Below, one piece after another: positions 46,989 to 56,228 of a DNA stretch of 64,000 nucleotides. How positions within the stretch are numbered: the first letter of the stretch is position 1; every line of letters begins with the position of its first letter. Below the pieces are notes generated by a model. That model worked only from the letters and a program-made list of their open reading frames with translations, was not told where the DNA came from and did no database searches. The stretch is from Nibricoccus sp. (lineage in GTDB: Bacteria; Verrucomicrobiota; Verrucomicrobiia; Opitutales; Opitutaceae): NCBI GenBank assembly GCA_047602425.1, contig JASGHG010000001.1, positions 2,848,001-2,912,000 of the forward strand, given 5' to 3'. The position numbers and the translations under genes are program-made.

Positions 46989-49321
46989 AGACGGAGTTTT
47001 CGGATGTTTTGGAGTTTGGCGGTTTTATAACCGGATGGCCGGCGGCCCGACTCTGGCCGATCATGGCATGCTTGCTGGTCTTGGCGGCCTATGTTGCGTG
47101 GTTGAGTTATAGATACTCGGTGGTTAGTTTAGGTCTTCCCAAGCGCATTGTGCTCGTAACGTTGCGGACGATGGTATTTGCATCCATGTTGGCGTGTCTG
47201 GCGAATCCGGTGCGGATCGAGAAATCGACGGTCGAACCGCCCAAGCCGCCTAAAAAACAAAGTTCGGGTTCTATCGGACGATTGGCGGTGGTTGTGGATC
47301 GTTCGGACAGCATGACGACGCCCGACAACCGCAACCTGACCCGACTCGACAGCGCGCTGGCCGTCTGGCGACGATTTGAACCAGCCGCCAGGCCCGCATA
47401 TGCCGATGTCCGCTTCTACAGTTTTGCCGAGGATTTGAAGGAGGCCGCGACACTCGACGAAGCGCTGGCACGGCGGGGCGGCACCGATAAGACATGTCTT
47501 TACGCTGCACTTGACGAGCTGCTGAAAAAGACGGTGGAGGAGCGACCCGATGCAATTGTGGTGCTGAGCGATGGCATCGACAATTCGGGCCGATCCGAAT
47601 CGGGTTTGATCGAAGCGGCGCGCTCGGCCGGAGTCGCCGTGCACTTTATCGCCGGTTACAATCGGGAGAGACCCGAACCATTCATGAGAGTCCGCGATTT
47701 TAACGCACCGGATTCGGTTTTACGGCGCACGGTTTTTCCGGTGACGGTGACGTTCGAGGCTTTTTCGCGCGACGATCGTGTCGTACCATTTTCGCTCTGG
47801 TCAGGAGGTCGCCGGATTGATGGAGGTTCGTTGCTGCTCACCACGGGCGCCAACCTTGTTCCATGGAGCTGCCGGGTGGCCGCAGACGACATGGGGCAGA
47901 TGGACTTGACGTTGCGGCTCGAAGATGGGCCAACGCCTCGCGTCGCCGCCCGTACGGGCGTTTCGGTCATGGGGCAAAGGCCGGTCAACGTCGTTATTTA
48001 TCAAGGCGCGGTCGATTGGGGCCTGAGATACCTGACCGACGCGTTGCAGACAGATCCTGGTTTTGAATTGGTTACGGTCGTTAATCCTGCGCTGGGAGTT
48101 TCCTTGCCGGCGACTCCGGACGCGACGAAGATGACAGGGACTCTTGCGTCGGACGTGTCGGATCTGTCATCCGGAGACTGCATCTTTCTCGTGCGTCCTC
48201 ATGTGCGGCAATTGTCGCTGCGACAGCAGCAGGCCTTGGTTAACTTTGTGCGGCAAGGTGGCTGTGTGATTTTCACGCAGCCGGATGCGACCAGCACGCC
48301 GCAGTTCAGGGGAACGCCCCTCGGCGATCTTTTGCCGGTGGTGTTTGACGAGCCGGTTGGCCCACCGCCGGCCACGGAGGTGAAGGCAACGACGCTCTTT
48401 CAATTCGCGAGCAAAAAACGTGAAGGGAAACACGAAGATGGTCCATCGGTGCTCACGCCGTTTTTGCTCACGGAGAAAGGGCGTGCTTCGCCAATTTTTG
48501 CCGCCGCTGGATCGGGTGGCCCGTCGTTTTTGGAGCCGAAGTTTGCGGAATACGCCCGGGTGTCGCGTTTGCGGCCAGGGGCCGAACTATTCGCCATCCA
48601 CCCCACCGAACGCGATCCTTCCAACGGCCAGCCATACATTTTGCTCGCTACGCAGACCTTTGGTTTTGGCCGCACCGCGATCTTGACGACCGATGGTTTG
48701 TGGCGCTGGAAACTGAGCGAGCCCTCGGAAAAACGCGTGGTAGAAACATTTTGGCAACAACTGGTCCTTGCCTTGGGAAAACGCAGTGTCACCGAGCATA
48801 TCCGTTTTCTCGATCAACCCGCTCAAGTGCGTTTGGGCGGAGTCGCTTCGGTACGGCTCACGGGCGTCGATGCCACGCGCAAACCGGTGATAACGGCTGT
48901 GGCGCCCGATGGGCGGCGAGGCGCGATCGAACCCAAACCAACAGGCGATCCTAAAACTCCCTGGATGATAAGTTGGAAGCCGGATATCGCCGGCGCTTGG
49001 GAATTTCGGGCCTCGGTGGAAGGTGATTTGCCCGCTTCCTGGTTTACCGAAGTCACGACCGCTTCCGTAGGCGAACGCGCCCGCACGCCCACAGCCGTCA
49101 ATTCGATGCGCTCGATCGCCGCGGCGACGGGAGGCCTGCTTCTTGTCGACCAATTGCCGCTCGCTTGGCGAACCGAGCAAAAGACCGAACGAAAAATCAC
49201 GCTCAAACCAATTGTAACCGAGAAGAAGCACCTCCGCTGGAATAATTGGCTAATGCTGAGCGTAGCCTTCGGAACTTACGCGCTGGAACTCGTGCTGCGA
49301 CGGGTTTGGAAATTGCTTTGA
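46985..49321 (+). CDS. vWA plus glutamine-amidotransferase-like domain membrane protein
   Basis: N-terminal TMs, VVDRSDSM, VLSDG, FVRQGG, LLPV, GRTAIL...WRW...FWQQL, C-terminal TM ELVLRRVWKL. Confidence 0.75.
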   Translation: MKTEFSDVLEFGGFITGWPAARLWPIMACLLVLAAYVAWLSYRYSVVSLGLPKRIVLVTLRTMVFASMLACLANPVRIEKSTVEPPKPPKKQSSGSIGRLAVVVDRSDSMTTPDNRNLTRLDSALAVWRRFEPAARPAYADVRFYSFAEDLKEAATLDEALARRGGTDKTCLYAALDELLKKTVEERPDAIVVLSDGIDNSGRSESGLIEAARSAGVAVHFIAGYNRERPEPFMRVRDFNAPDSVLRRTVFPVTVTFEAFSRDDRVVPFSLWSGGRRIDGGSLLLTTGANLVPWSCRVAADDMGQMDLTLRLEDGPTPRVAARTGVSVMGQRPVNVVIYQGAVDWGLRYLTDALQTDPGFELVTVVNPALGVSLPATPDATKMTGTLASDVSDLSSGDCIFLVRPHVRQLSLRQQQALVNFVRQGGCVIFTQPDATSTPQFRGTPLGDLLPVVFDEPVGPPPATEVKATTLFQFASKKREGKHEDGPSVLTPFLLTEKGRASPIFAAAGSGGPSFLEPKFAEYARVSRLRPGAELFAIHPTERDPSNGQPYILLATQTFGFGRTAILTTDGLWRWKLSEPSEKRVVETFWQQLVLALGKRSVTEHIRFLDQPAQVRLGGVASVRLTGVDATRKPVITAVAPDGRRGAIEPKPTGDPKTPWMISWKPDIAGAWEFRASVEGDLPASWFTEVTTASVGERARTPTAVNSMRSIAAATGGLLLVDQLPLAWRTEQKTERKITLKPIVTEKKHLRWNNWLMLSVAFGTYALELVLRRVWKLL

Positions 49322-49422
49322 GCTATGCTTCTGCGGTGCGGTTTCGATTTTTGGCGATAGCTAACGCTTCTGTAAGCGCGCCCGGCGTGCAGGCTGGCGC
49401 GAGGAACGGATGGCGAACGTGC

Positions 49423-50808
49423 TTACAGGCCCAGGATGCGCTTGGCTTCGAGGACGAGCGGGGTCTCGTTGAGCGGAGCCTCGGGGGGAATGGCTTGGGT
49501 GGCGCCGACCTTGGGCGCGCGATCGCGCAGGGCGAGCCAGGCGAGCGAGGCGGCTTCGCTGGACGCAGCGCGGGCAGCGATGCGGGCGAGGTTTTGTGCG
49601 GGCGCGGGAATTTGTTCTTTTGGCAGCACGCCTTTTTCGGCGAGGAAAAACGAAAGCGAATGGCCAAGGGTGTCGACCCAGGCGAAGGGATTTGGCGGTG
49701 GCGCGTAGGTAAAGCCCTGGCCGGCCGGATAGGGGGTGAACTCCAGGAACATGCGCAGCGCATCGTGGAGTTGCATGAGCTCGGAGTTGGCGGTGGCGGG
49801 GGTCCAACGGAGTTGGAAGGTTTTGCGCTCGCGGAATTTTTTAATTTCCCAGAGGCGGAGGACCATGTGGTAGTCGCCGCTCTTGTGGCTGAGCGCGCCG
49901 GTGAAAACGTAATCGAGGCCGCCCTGGCAGGTGTCGACTAGTTGGCGAATGTCGTCGGTCGTCCACTCGCTGCCGAACATGCCGTAATGGTCCTTTTCCA
50001 TCATGGCGATGGCGGCAATGGGAGCGTAGTGCGGGCAGAAATACGTGGATTCCTGGAGCCAGAGGGGAATCCCTCGGCTTAAGCGGGCAAGGTCTTCCTC
50101 CGGCTGGGTCATTTTCTTCAGCCATTCCTTTTCGTCGGGCAGGGCGAGCTGGGCAAAGGCGATACGGCGTTTTGAACCCTCTTTGGGCGGAAGAAGGCTG
50201 GGCAAACCTTCGAGGCCATAGGTCCAGATCGGACGGCTGATGCTGACGAGGTGAATGGTCTTGATGCGCGGCGGGGCGTCGGGTCCGGCGTCTTCCTCGG
50301 GGGTGGAGGCGCCGGCTGGCCGGGTCGGGAGTTGGCCGCGACGTTCGGCCTCGAGGAGTTCGGCGAGGGCGTTGGAGAAACCGTAGAGACGTTCTTCAAT
50401 CTCGGGATTTTTCAGCGCGAAAAGGATATCGAGCAGATGCTGTGCGGCGTTGGTGTTGCGCGTGGCGAGATAGGCTTGGAGAAGATTGATGCCGGTGGCG
50501 GGGCCGTGGCGCTGGGCATCGTAACGCGGCGCAACGAGTTCCACGATCTGGTCAACGTAGCCGCACGAACCGAGGTCGCCGGACAAGGCGACGAGCACGT
50601 CGGGCCGGTCGCCGGAGGTGACGAGCAGTTCTTCGTAAATGGCGAGAGCGCCGGCCAAATCCTTGGCCTCCAGTTTTTCGCGGGCCGAGAGTAGCAACGC
50701 CTTGACGCTGCCTGGAGCCGGCGGTGTGGTTCCACCGTTTGGTTCGGCAGGCTGGGAAGGATTGGAGGCGTTGTCCTTGTTTGAGGTAAGACGATCGAAG
50801 AAGCCCAT
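49423..50808 (-). CDS. Hypothetical protein with TPR-like helical N-terminal region
   Basis: 461-aa ORF with genome-typical codon use; MGFFDRL start; AREKLEAKDLAGALAIYEEL helical repeat. Confidence 0.7.
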   Translation of the reverse strand: MGFFDRLTSNKDNASNPSQPAEPNGGTTPPAPGSVKALLLSAREKLEAKDLAGALAIYEELLVTSGDRPDVLVALSGDLGSCGYVDQIVELVAPRYDAQRHGPATGINLLQAYLATRNTNAAQHLLDILFALKNPEIEERLYGFSNALAELLEAERRGQLPTRPAGASTPEEDAGPDAPPRIKTIHLVSISRPIWTYGLEGLPSLLPPKEGSKRRIAFAQLALPDEKEWLKKMTQPEEDLARLSRGIPLWLQESTYFCPHYAPIAAIAMMEKDHYGMFGSEWTTDDIRQLVDTCQGGLDYVFTGALSHKSGDYHMVLRLWEIKKFRERKTFQLRWTPATANSELMQLHDALRMFLEFTPYPAGQGFTYAPPPNPFAWVDTLGHSLSFFLAEKGVLPKEQIPAPAQNLARIAARAASSEAASLAWLALRDRAPKVGATQAIPPEAPLNETPLVLEAKRILGL

Positions 50809-50969
50809 GGCGTTAAAAGCAAAAGAATGCCCGCGCTCGGTGCGACGCTATTTTCGCCAACGAATTATGAAATTTGCAGGCTTGGGAACCCTAATCTGCG
50901 CTATTGAACGCCAATTGCAGAAAGTTTGGAGGATCCAGAGCCTACCTGACCCCCAAAAAACGGGGCCAA

Positions 50970-51566
50970 CTAACGTTTTTTGGCGGTTAAAACCGTTCCA
51001 ACACCCACCATGGCGCCAACCAGGTGGGCCACCGGCACGCTGTCGATCCCGCGGCTTGCAAGCTCGGGGTTGAGTGGGCCATGTCCGAACGCTTCGACTC
51101 CGATTTTCGCGGCGAAGAAAATCAATACTCCCAGCCAGAGCGGCCGAGCCCGTGGTTCGGTACGCAAACCATGAACCGCGAGGGCGACAAGGACGGCCGA
51201 GGCGACGCCGGAAATTCCGGCATAGCGAAGAAGCGAGGGCGCGATGACGAGCAGCGCGAGGCTGATGACGACGGGCGAGAGCAACAACGTGCGTCGCAGG
51301 ACAATCGGTGCACAATGTTCCAGCCACCCGCCGGCGGGGATGAGAATCACGAGATTCCAAAACAAATGACTGGCGGAAAAATGCACCCAGTGCCCGCTGA
51401 CGACGCGCCAGAGTTGTCCGCCGAGAATCTTTTCCCGGTCGTAGACGAGGGCATCGAATGCGCCTGAAACGAACCAGGCGACCACCGCCAAGGCGGCTGC
51501 GGCGAGTGTAAACCACGGCAGATGGCCGGCGCAGAATGTTTTGGAGGATGGGTTTTCTTGGGGCAT
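50970..51566 (-). CDS. Rhomboid intramembrane serine protease, rhombosortase-like
   Basis: YDREKILGGQLWRVVSGHWVHFSASHLFWN, YAGISGV (catalytic Ser), VAHLVG (catalytic His). Confidence 0.82.
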   Translation of the reverse strand: MPQENPSSKTFCAGHLPWFTLAAAALAVVAWFVSGAFDALVYDREKILGGQLWRVVSGHWVHFSASHLFWNLVILIPAGGWLEHCAPIVLRRTLLLSPVVISLALLVIAPSLLRYAGISGVASAVLVALAVHGLRTEPRARPLWLGVLIFFAAKIGVEAFGHGPLNPELASRGIDSVPVAHLVGAMVGVGTVLTAKKR

Positions 51567-51617
51567 CCGAAAGGTTTCGGCTTGGCCAACAGGCCAGACC
51601 ATGGCACTTGAAGGTCA

Positions 51618-52916
51618 ATGAAGATTTTCCAGCGAGTGCTGCACGGGTTGGCGGTGGTAGCTTTGGCGCTCGGTGCTATCTTGACCGTAGTGGTGGTTAT
51701 TGCTTCCGTATACGTCACCGGCTTCCTTGCTGTGGGGGTTGGAAAACCTGCGGAGGAGGTTGGAATATCGGCGAACCTTCCATTTCTCACGGTTGTTGCC
51801 GGGGGCGTTGCTTTGGCTGTACTGGTTTTGGCAATTTGCGCGATCTATTGGTATGTCCGTTGGAAGTGGATTTCGCTTTTTGGGGTGTTGGTGGTGGGTA
51901 GCTTGGGTTTTCTCGCTTTTGATTCCACTCCTGTGCCGCAAGCCGATCTCGGGTCGCGTGTAGGGGCGGATGATCGAGGCTATCAGAAGATTATGTGGAT
52001 GTCCGAGGCTTCGCCATTCAGTCGCCTTTCGGAGGCGGGTGTTCTGGATTCGAACGAGCTAACGTCGCTTCTGCTTCCCGCAAAGGGCGACGATTGGCCG
52101 GAGTTTGTGCGATCGAATCGGGAATTGATCATTCGAGCGTGGAATGAGGACAAGCTGGGCCGGGAATGGATCGCTGCGATCAATGCGACTCCTCCCGGGG
52201 GAGTTTGGCCGCAAGGCCTCAATGCCCCTTTCATAGCGTTCAAACCTACGCGCGCGATCTGCAATCTGCGCTTGGCATATGCCTGTGTCCTCTCGGTTGA
52301 TGGTCGAAGTGAAGAGGCTGTTGGAGTCCTTGTTCCAGTTATTCTGGCGATGCACCACCTTCAGCGTACTGGGGGCAATCTGGTGCATGAAATGATTCCT
52401 GCTTTGATTCTAAAGCACTGCTATGCTTGCGCCGGCCAAATTATGAAAGTCGAGTCTATCTCGTTCGGTTCGCGGGCATTGCTGGGCAATGCTCTCCGTG
52501 CGGGTCTGCCGATCGAACAGGTGATCCGAAATGCGTATATGGGCGAGCAAGATTTCTTTCGTGGGTGCATGGACTCGATTGATGGAAAATATGCCGAGAG
52601 GCTCGGGCTAAAAGGGGATCATGTGGGACTATTTGATCAGATCCTATTCCGAACGAGATGGGTTCTGATTAACCGTAATCGCACCGAGCGGTTGTATGTT
52701 GACGCCCTCCGAGAAGTAGTGGCCTTTGTGCAGGCGCGGGATTTGGATGGCCTCAAAAACTGGGTCCCGGAGCTCATGCATTCCAAGGGGGTTCGAAATC
52801 CAGTCGGTCGCCTGCTGATCGCTATGGTGTTTCCTGCGGTTCAAAAGATTGCGGGGCAGCTATGGGCGATTGAGGACCTTCGTCTCGAGCTCCTCAAGCA
52901 GCTCGATAAACCCTAA
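51618..52916 (+). CDS. Hypothetical membrane protein (three N-terminal TM helices, helical C-terminal domain)
   Basis: 432-aa ORF filling the gap between rhomboid and miaB; no recognisable motif. Confidence 0.65.
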   Translation: MKIFQRVLHGLAVVALALGAILTVVVVIASVYVTGFLAVGVGKPAEEVGISANLPFLTVVAGGVALAVLVLAICAIYWYVRWKWISLFGVLVVGSLGFLAFDSTPVPQADLGSRVGADDRGYQKIMWMSEASPFSRLSEAGVLDSNELTSLLLPAKGDDWPEFVRSNRELIIRAWNEDKLGREWIAAINATPPGGVWPQGLNAPFIAFKPTRAICNLRLAYACVLSVDGRSEEAVGVLVPVILAMHHLQRTGGNLVHEMIPALILKHCYACAGQIMKVESISFGSRALLGNALRAGLPIEQVIRNAYMGEQDFFRGCMDSIDGKYAERLGLKGDHVGLFDQILFRTRWVLINRNRTERLYVDALREVVAFVQARDLDGLKNWVPELMHSKGVRNPVGRLLIAMVFPAVQKIAGQLWAIEDLRLELLKQLDKP

Positions 52917-52973
52917 AACCTGCTTTCCCGTTTGACGCCTTGGCCGGGTGGGGTAGGTAAGCGCCTCTTCCGA

Positions 52974-54338
52974 TTGAACCGCGTCTACATTAAAACCTAC
53001 GGCTGCCAGATGAACGAGCGTGACAGCGAGGCTGTTGCGGCGATGTTGCGCGGGCGTGGTTACCGGATCGTCAACGCCGAGGACGATTGCGATATCCTCC
53101 TGCTCAACACATGCAGCGTGCGCGATGCAGCCGAACAAAAGGCCATCGGCAAAGCAGGCTATCTCCAGCGGCGCAAAAAGAAAAATCCCGACTTCATCCT
53201 CGGGATCATCGGTTGCATGGCGCAGAATCGTGGCACGGATTTGTTGGAGCGTTTGCCCGATCTCGATCTGATCGTGGGCACGCAGAAATTTCACCAAGTG
53301 CCGGACTATCTCGATAATTTGCGGGCGGCGCGCGATGCGGGCGTGCCGATTGGCGAGACGATCGTCGATATTGCAGAAGAATCCGGTTCGCAAAACGCGA
53401 TTCGCGACCATCTCGTTGACGAAAACGGCAACGCGCCGCAGGTGAGCGCGTTCGTGTCGATTCAGCAGGGCTGCAACATGGATTGCGCGTTCTGCATCGT
53501 ACCGAAGACGCGCGGTGACGAGCGTTCGCGTCCGATCGATGAGATCGTGCGCGAATGCGAACAACTCGCGCAACGCGGTACGCGCGAGATCACGCTGCTT
53601 GGCCAGATCGTAACGAGCTACGGCCGGCGCGACTACGTGCACGAGGGCGGAATTTCGCCTTTCGTGCAACTTCTGGAACGGGTGAACGCGATCCCGGGGA
53701 TCGAGCGGATTCGTTTTACGTCACCGCACCCGCGCGGGTTCAAACAGGATTTGGTCGAAGCTTTTGGACGGCTGCCGAAGCTTTGTGAATGCGTGCACCT
53801 GCCAATGCAGTCGGGTAGCAATCGCATCCTGAAGGCGATGAACCGGCCGTATTCGCGCGAGCGATACAAGGAAATCGTTGACGCACTCGTGGCGGTGCGG
53901 CCGGAAATGTATTTTTCGACCGACGTGATCGTGGGCTTTCCGGGCGAGACCGAGGAAGATTTCGCGCAAACGCGCGAGCTCTTCGAAGCGTGCAATTACG
54001 ACATGGCCTACGTCTTCAAATATTCGATCCGCACGGGGACGCCGGCTGCGACGCTCGGCGATCAAGTGCCGGAAGAGGTAAAGGAGCAACGCAATCAGAT
54101 CCTGTTGGACATCCTGCACAAAAATTCGCTGCGCCGAAACGAATCGCTTATCGGCAAAACCGAGGCCGTGCTCGTCGAAGGTCCGGACAAGTCGGGCCAG
54201 CGTTTCACGGGCCGCACACGCGGCAATCGCGTCGCAATTTTCGAGGCGAACCCGCGTTTGATTGGGCAAATCGTGCCATTGAAAATCGAGCGTGCGACGG
54301 TGAGTTCGTTGTACGGCGAGTTGGTGCTGGCGGAGTGA
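52974..54338 (+). CDS. miaB: tRNA-i6A37 methylthiotransferase MiaB
   Basis: TYGCQMNERDS, NTCSVR, GCMAQ, radical SAM GCNMDCAFCIVP, IVGFPGETEEDF, TRAM domain; probable TTG start at 52974. Confidence 0.96.
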   Translation: MNRVYIKTYGCQMNERDSEAVAAMLRGRGYRIVNAEDDCDILLLNTCSVRDAAEQKAIGKAGYLQRRKKKNPDFILGIIGCMAQNRGTDLLERLPDLDLIVGTQKFHQVPDYLDNLRAARDAGVPIGETIVDIAEESGSQNAIRDHLVDENGNAPQVSAFVSIQQGCNMDCAFCIVPKTRGDERSRPIDEIVRECEQLAQRGTREITLLGQIVTSYGRRDYVHEGGISPFVQLLERVNAIPGIERIRFTSPHPRGFKQDLVEAFGRLPKLCECVHLPMQSGSNRILKAMNRPYSRERYKEIVDALVAVRPEMYFSTDVIVGFPGETEEDFAQTRELFEACNYDMAYVFKYSIRTGTPAATLGDQVPEEVKEQRNQILLDILHKNSLRRNESLIGKTEAVLVEGPDKSGQRFTGRTRGNRVAIFEANPRLIGQIVPLKIERATVSSLYGELVLAE

Positions 54339-54364
54339 GGAGCGGGCAGAGGATCATTCGGAAC

Positions 54365-54770
54365 AGGTCACAGAGAGCACGGAGCGCGGACACAGAGGTC
54401 ACGGAAGGGGGAGAGTCGGAAATATTTTGAACAGAAGAGAACGAAGGGAACGAAGCGTCGGAGGTGGGCGGGGACGAGGTTGCAGGGTTTGGAAGTATGA
54501 TTCGGGGAAATTGGCGACGCTTTGCGGGGAACTTTGCGGCCTTTGCGTTAAAACGGATCGGAGTTTCCAAACCGTTTTCACGCGAAGATCGCAAAGAGCG
54601 CGAAGAAGGGGGCCGAACTTTCACAGAAAAGAACAAGGGAGACGAAGCGTGGCGGGCTGGCGGGCTCCGGGTTTCATGGACCACGATTTTCTCAGCAAAA
54701 GACCGTGGATTGAAGGTTTGATGACGAATTCCAGCGACGCTTCGTTCTCTTCGTTACCTTTTGTAAATCA
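54365..54770. repeat. Cluster of nested 9-nt-periodic inverted repeats
   Basis: ttttgaacagaagagaacgaagggaacgaagcgtcg (54425-54460) pairs with cgacgcttcgttctcttcgttaccttttgtaaa (54735-54767); ctttgcggggaactttgcggcctttgcgttaaaacgg pairs with ccgttttcacgcgaagatcgcaaag; further cacagag-type units at 54369-54405 and 54619-54650. Confidence 0.78.
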
Positions 54771-54858
54771 TCCTCTGTAAAAATTTGCCTGCTGCACGCG
54801 GACTTGCCTTTCGGGCGGGAGTTTGCGGGTGTCTTCCCTTTCATTTTCGAAATCAGCC

Positions 54859-55404
54859 ATGTCGCTTTTGCTCGCCACACTTTTGCCCGGATTGTTTCTC
54901 GCCGTACTGGGATTTGTTTTTTTGATCAACAACTCGGCGGTGCAGTCGACGTTGAAGGCGCTGCCGCGCTCGCAGGTCGGCGCGATCGTGTTTTTTGGCG
55001 GTGGGGCGCTGTGGTTTTTATATCTCGTCTGGAACCTGTCGGCGGCGGACTTGGTGATATTCTCCAAGCCGCAGGTTTGGGTAATGATTTTTGCCGCACT
55101 TTCGGCGATGGCATTTGTATACGTGCCCGATTTTCTCGCGGTGCGCGGTTTGAGCGTGTTGACGCTCCTGGCCGGCTGGCCGCTGCTGATGGCGGCGTAC
55201 ATGGAATACGACAAGCCCCAACGATTGCTCATGGTGGTCGCGGTTTTTGTCGCGGTTTCGCTGGCGATCTACCTCGGTGCGGTGCCTTACCGGCTGCGCG
55301 ATTTTTTCCAATGGCTGTTTTCGACGCGCGGGCGTCCGCGTTTGCTCGGCGGTTTTCTGGCCGCCTATGGCTTGCTGCTCACGGCGGTGGCCTTCACGTA
55401 TTGA
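54859..55404 (+). CDS. Hypothetical integral membrane protein
   Basis: Highly hydrophobic 181-aa ORF, DFLAVRG and PYRLRDF motifs; stop 4 nt before gmk. Confidence 0.75.
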   Translation: MSLLLATLLPGLFLAVLGFVFLINNSAVQSTLKALPRSQVGAIVFFGGGALWFLYLVWNLSAADLVIFSKPQVWVMIFAALSAMAFVYVPDFLAVRGLSVLTLLAGWPLLMAAYMEYDKPQRLLMVVAVFVAVSLAIYLGAVPYRLRDFFQWLFSTRGRPRLLGGFLAAYGLLLTAVAFTY

Positions 55405-55408
55405 GATA

Positions 55409-56116
55409 ATGGAGACGCCTCGGAAGATGTCCGCCCACAACAGCAAGGCGCAGCCTGCCGCTCCGGGAAAAACCGGAAAATCCATTCGCGGCCCGCGCCG
55501 TCCGAAAGCCGCGCCCGCGCCGGTGCTGCTCGTTCTGGCGGGGCCGGCTGGTTCGGGCAAGACCACGCTTTGCGAACGCATGGTGGCGGAGGTCGACGGA
55601 TTTTCGCGCGTGGTGACGACGACGACCCGCGCGCCACGCCCGGGCGAAGTGGATGGCGTGCATTACCATTTTCTTTCGCCGGCGCAGTTTGATGCGAAGG
55701 TGGAGGCCGGGGAATTTTTGGAATGGGCGTGGGTTCATCAGAAAAATCGCTACGGCACGCTGGCGTCATCGGTTCTCGAACCGCTGGCTGAAGGACGCAG
55801 CCTTGTGATCAATGTCGATGTGCAAGGGGTTGAAAATTTCCGGATGGCGGCGCGTGCGAATCCATTGCTCGCGCGGCACATGGCGACCGTTTTCATCAAT
55901 GTCCCCCTCGACGAACTGCGCAAGCGCATGGAAACGCGCGGGCAGGACAGCGATGAGGAAATCGCACGCCGCCTTGGCACGGCGGAGCGCGAATTGCGCG
56001 AAATCGACCGCTTCGATTATGTGATCGCCAGCACCACGCGGGAAGGCGACTTCAAGGCGTTGCTAACTATTTGGCGAAAAGTTCAGGATCGCGTCCGGAA
56101 ATCCCGGACGGCCTAG
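55409..56116 (+). CDS. gmk: Guanylate kinase
   Basis: GPAGSGKTT, TTTTRAPRPGEVDGVHYHF, FLEWA, YGT, DVQG; start 55409 or 55427. Confidence 0.95.
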   Translation: METPRKMSAHNSKAQPAAPGKTGKSIRGPRRPKAAPAPVLLVLAGPAGSGKTTLCERMVAEVDGFSRVVTTTTRAPRPGEVDGVHYHFLSPAQFDAKVEAGEFLEWAWVHQKNRYGTLASSVLEPLAEGRSLVINVDVQGVENFRMAARANPLLARHMATVFINVPLDELRKRMETRGQDSDEEIARRLGTAERELREIDRFDYVIASTTREGDFKALLTIWRKVQDRVRKSRTA

Positions 56117-56228
56117 CTTTTCACGCCGAAAAATTCTGCGCGGTGGTTGGGCGGAAACTTGTATGGGAAATTTCCCTACAGAGAGGCCGTGTCGCGAACT
56201 CCGGGTTGGTTTAGTGGTCACTGAGTTC

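Noticed and set aside
54365..54770. Repeat cluster as a CRISPR array or small ORFs
   Set aside because: Units are degenerate, inverted and irregularly spaced with no constant repeat-spacer period; no cas genes; the ORFs are low-complexity translations of the repeats
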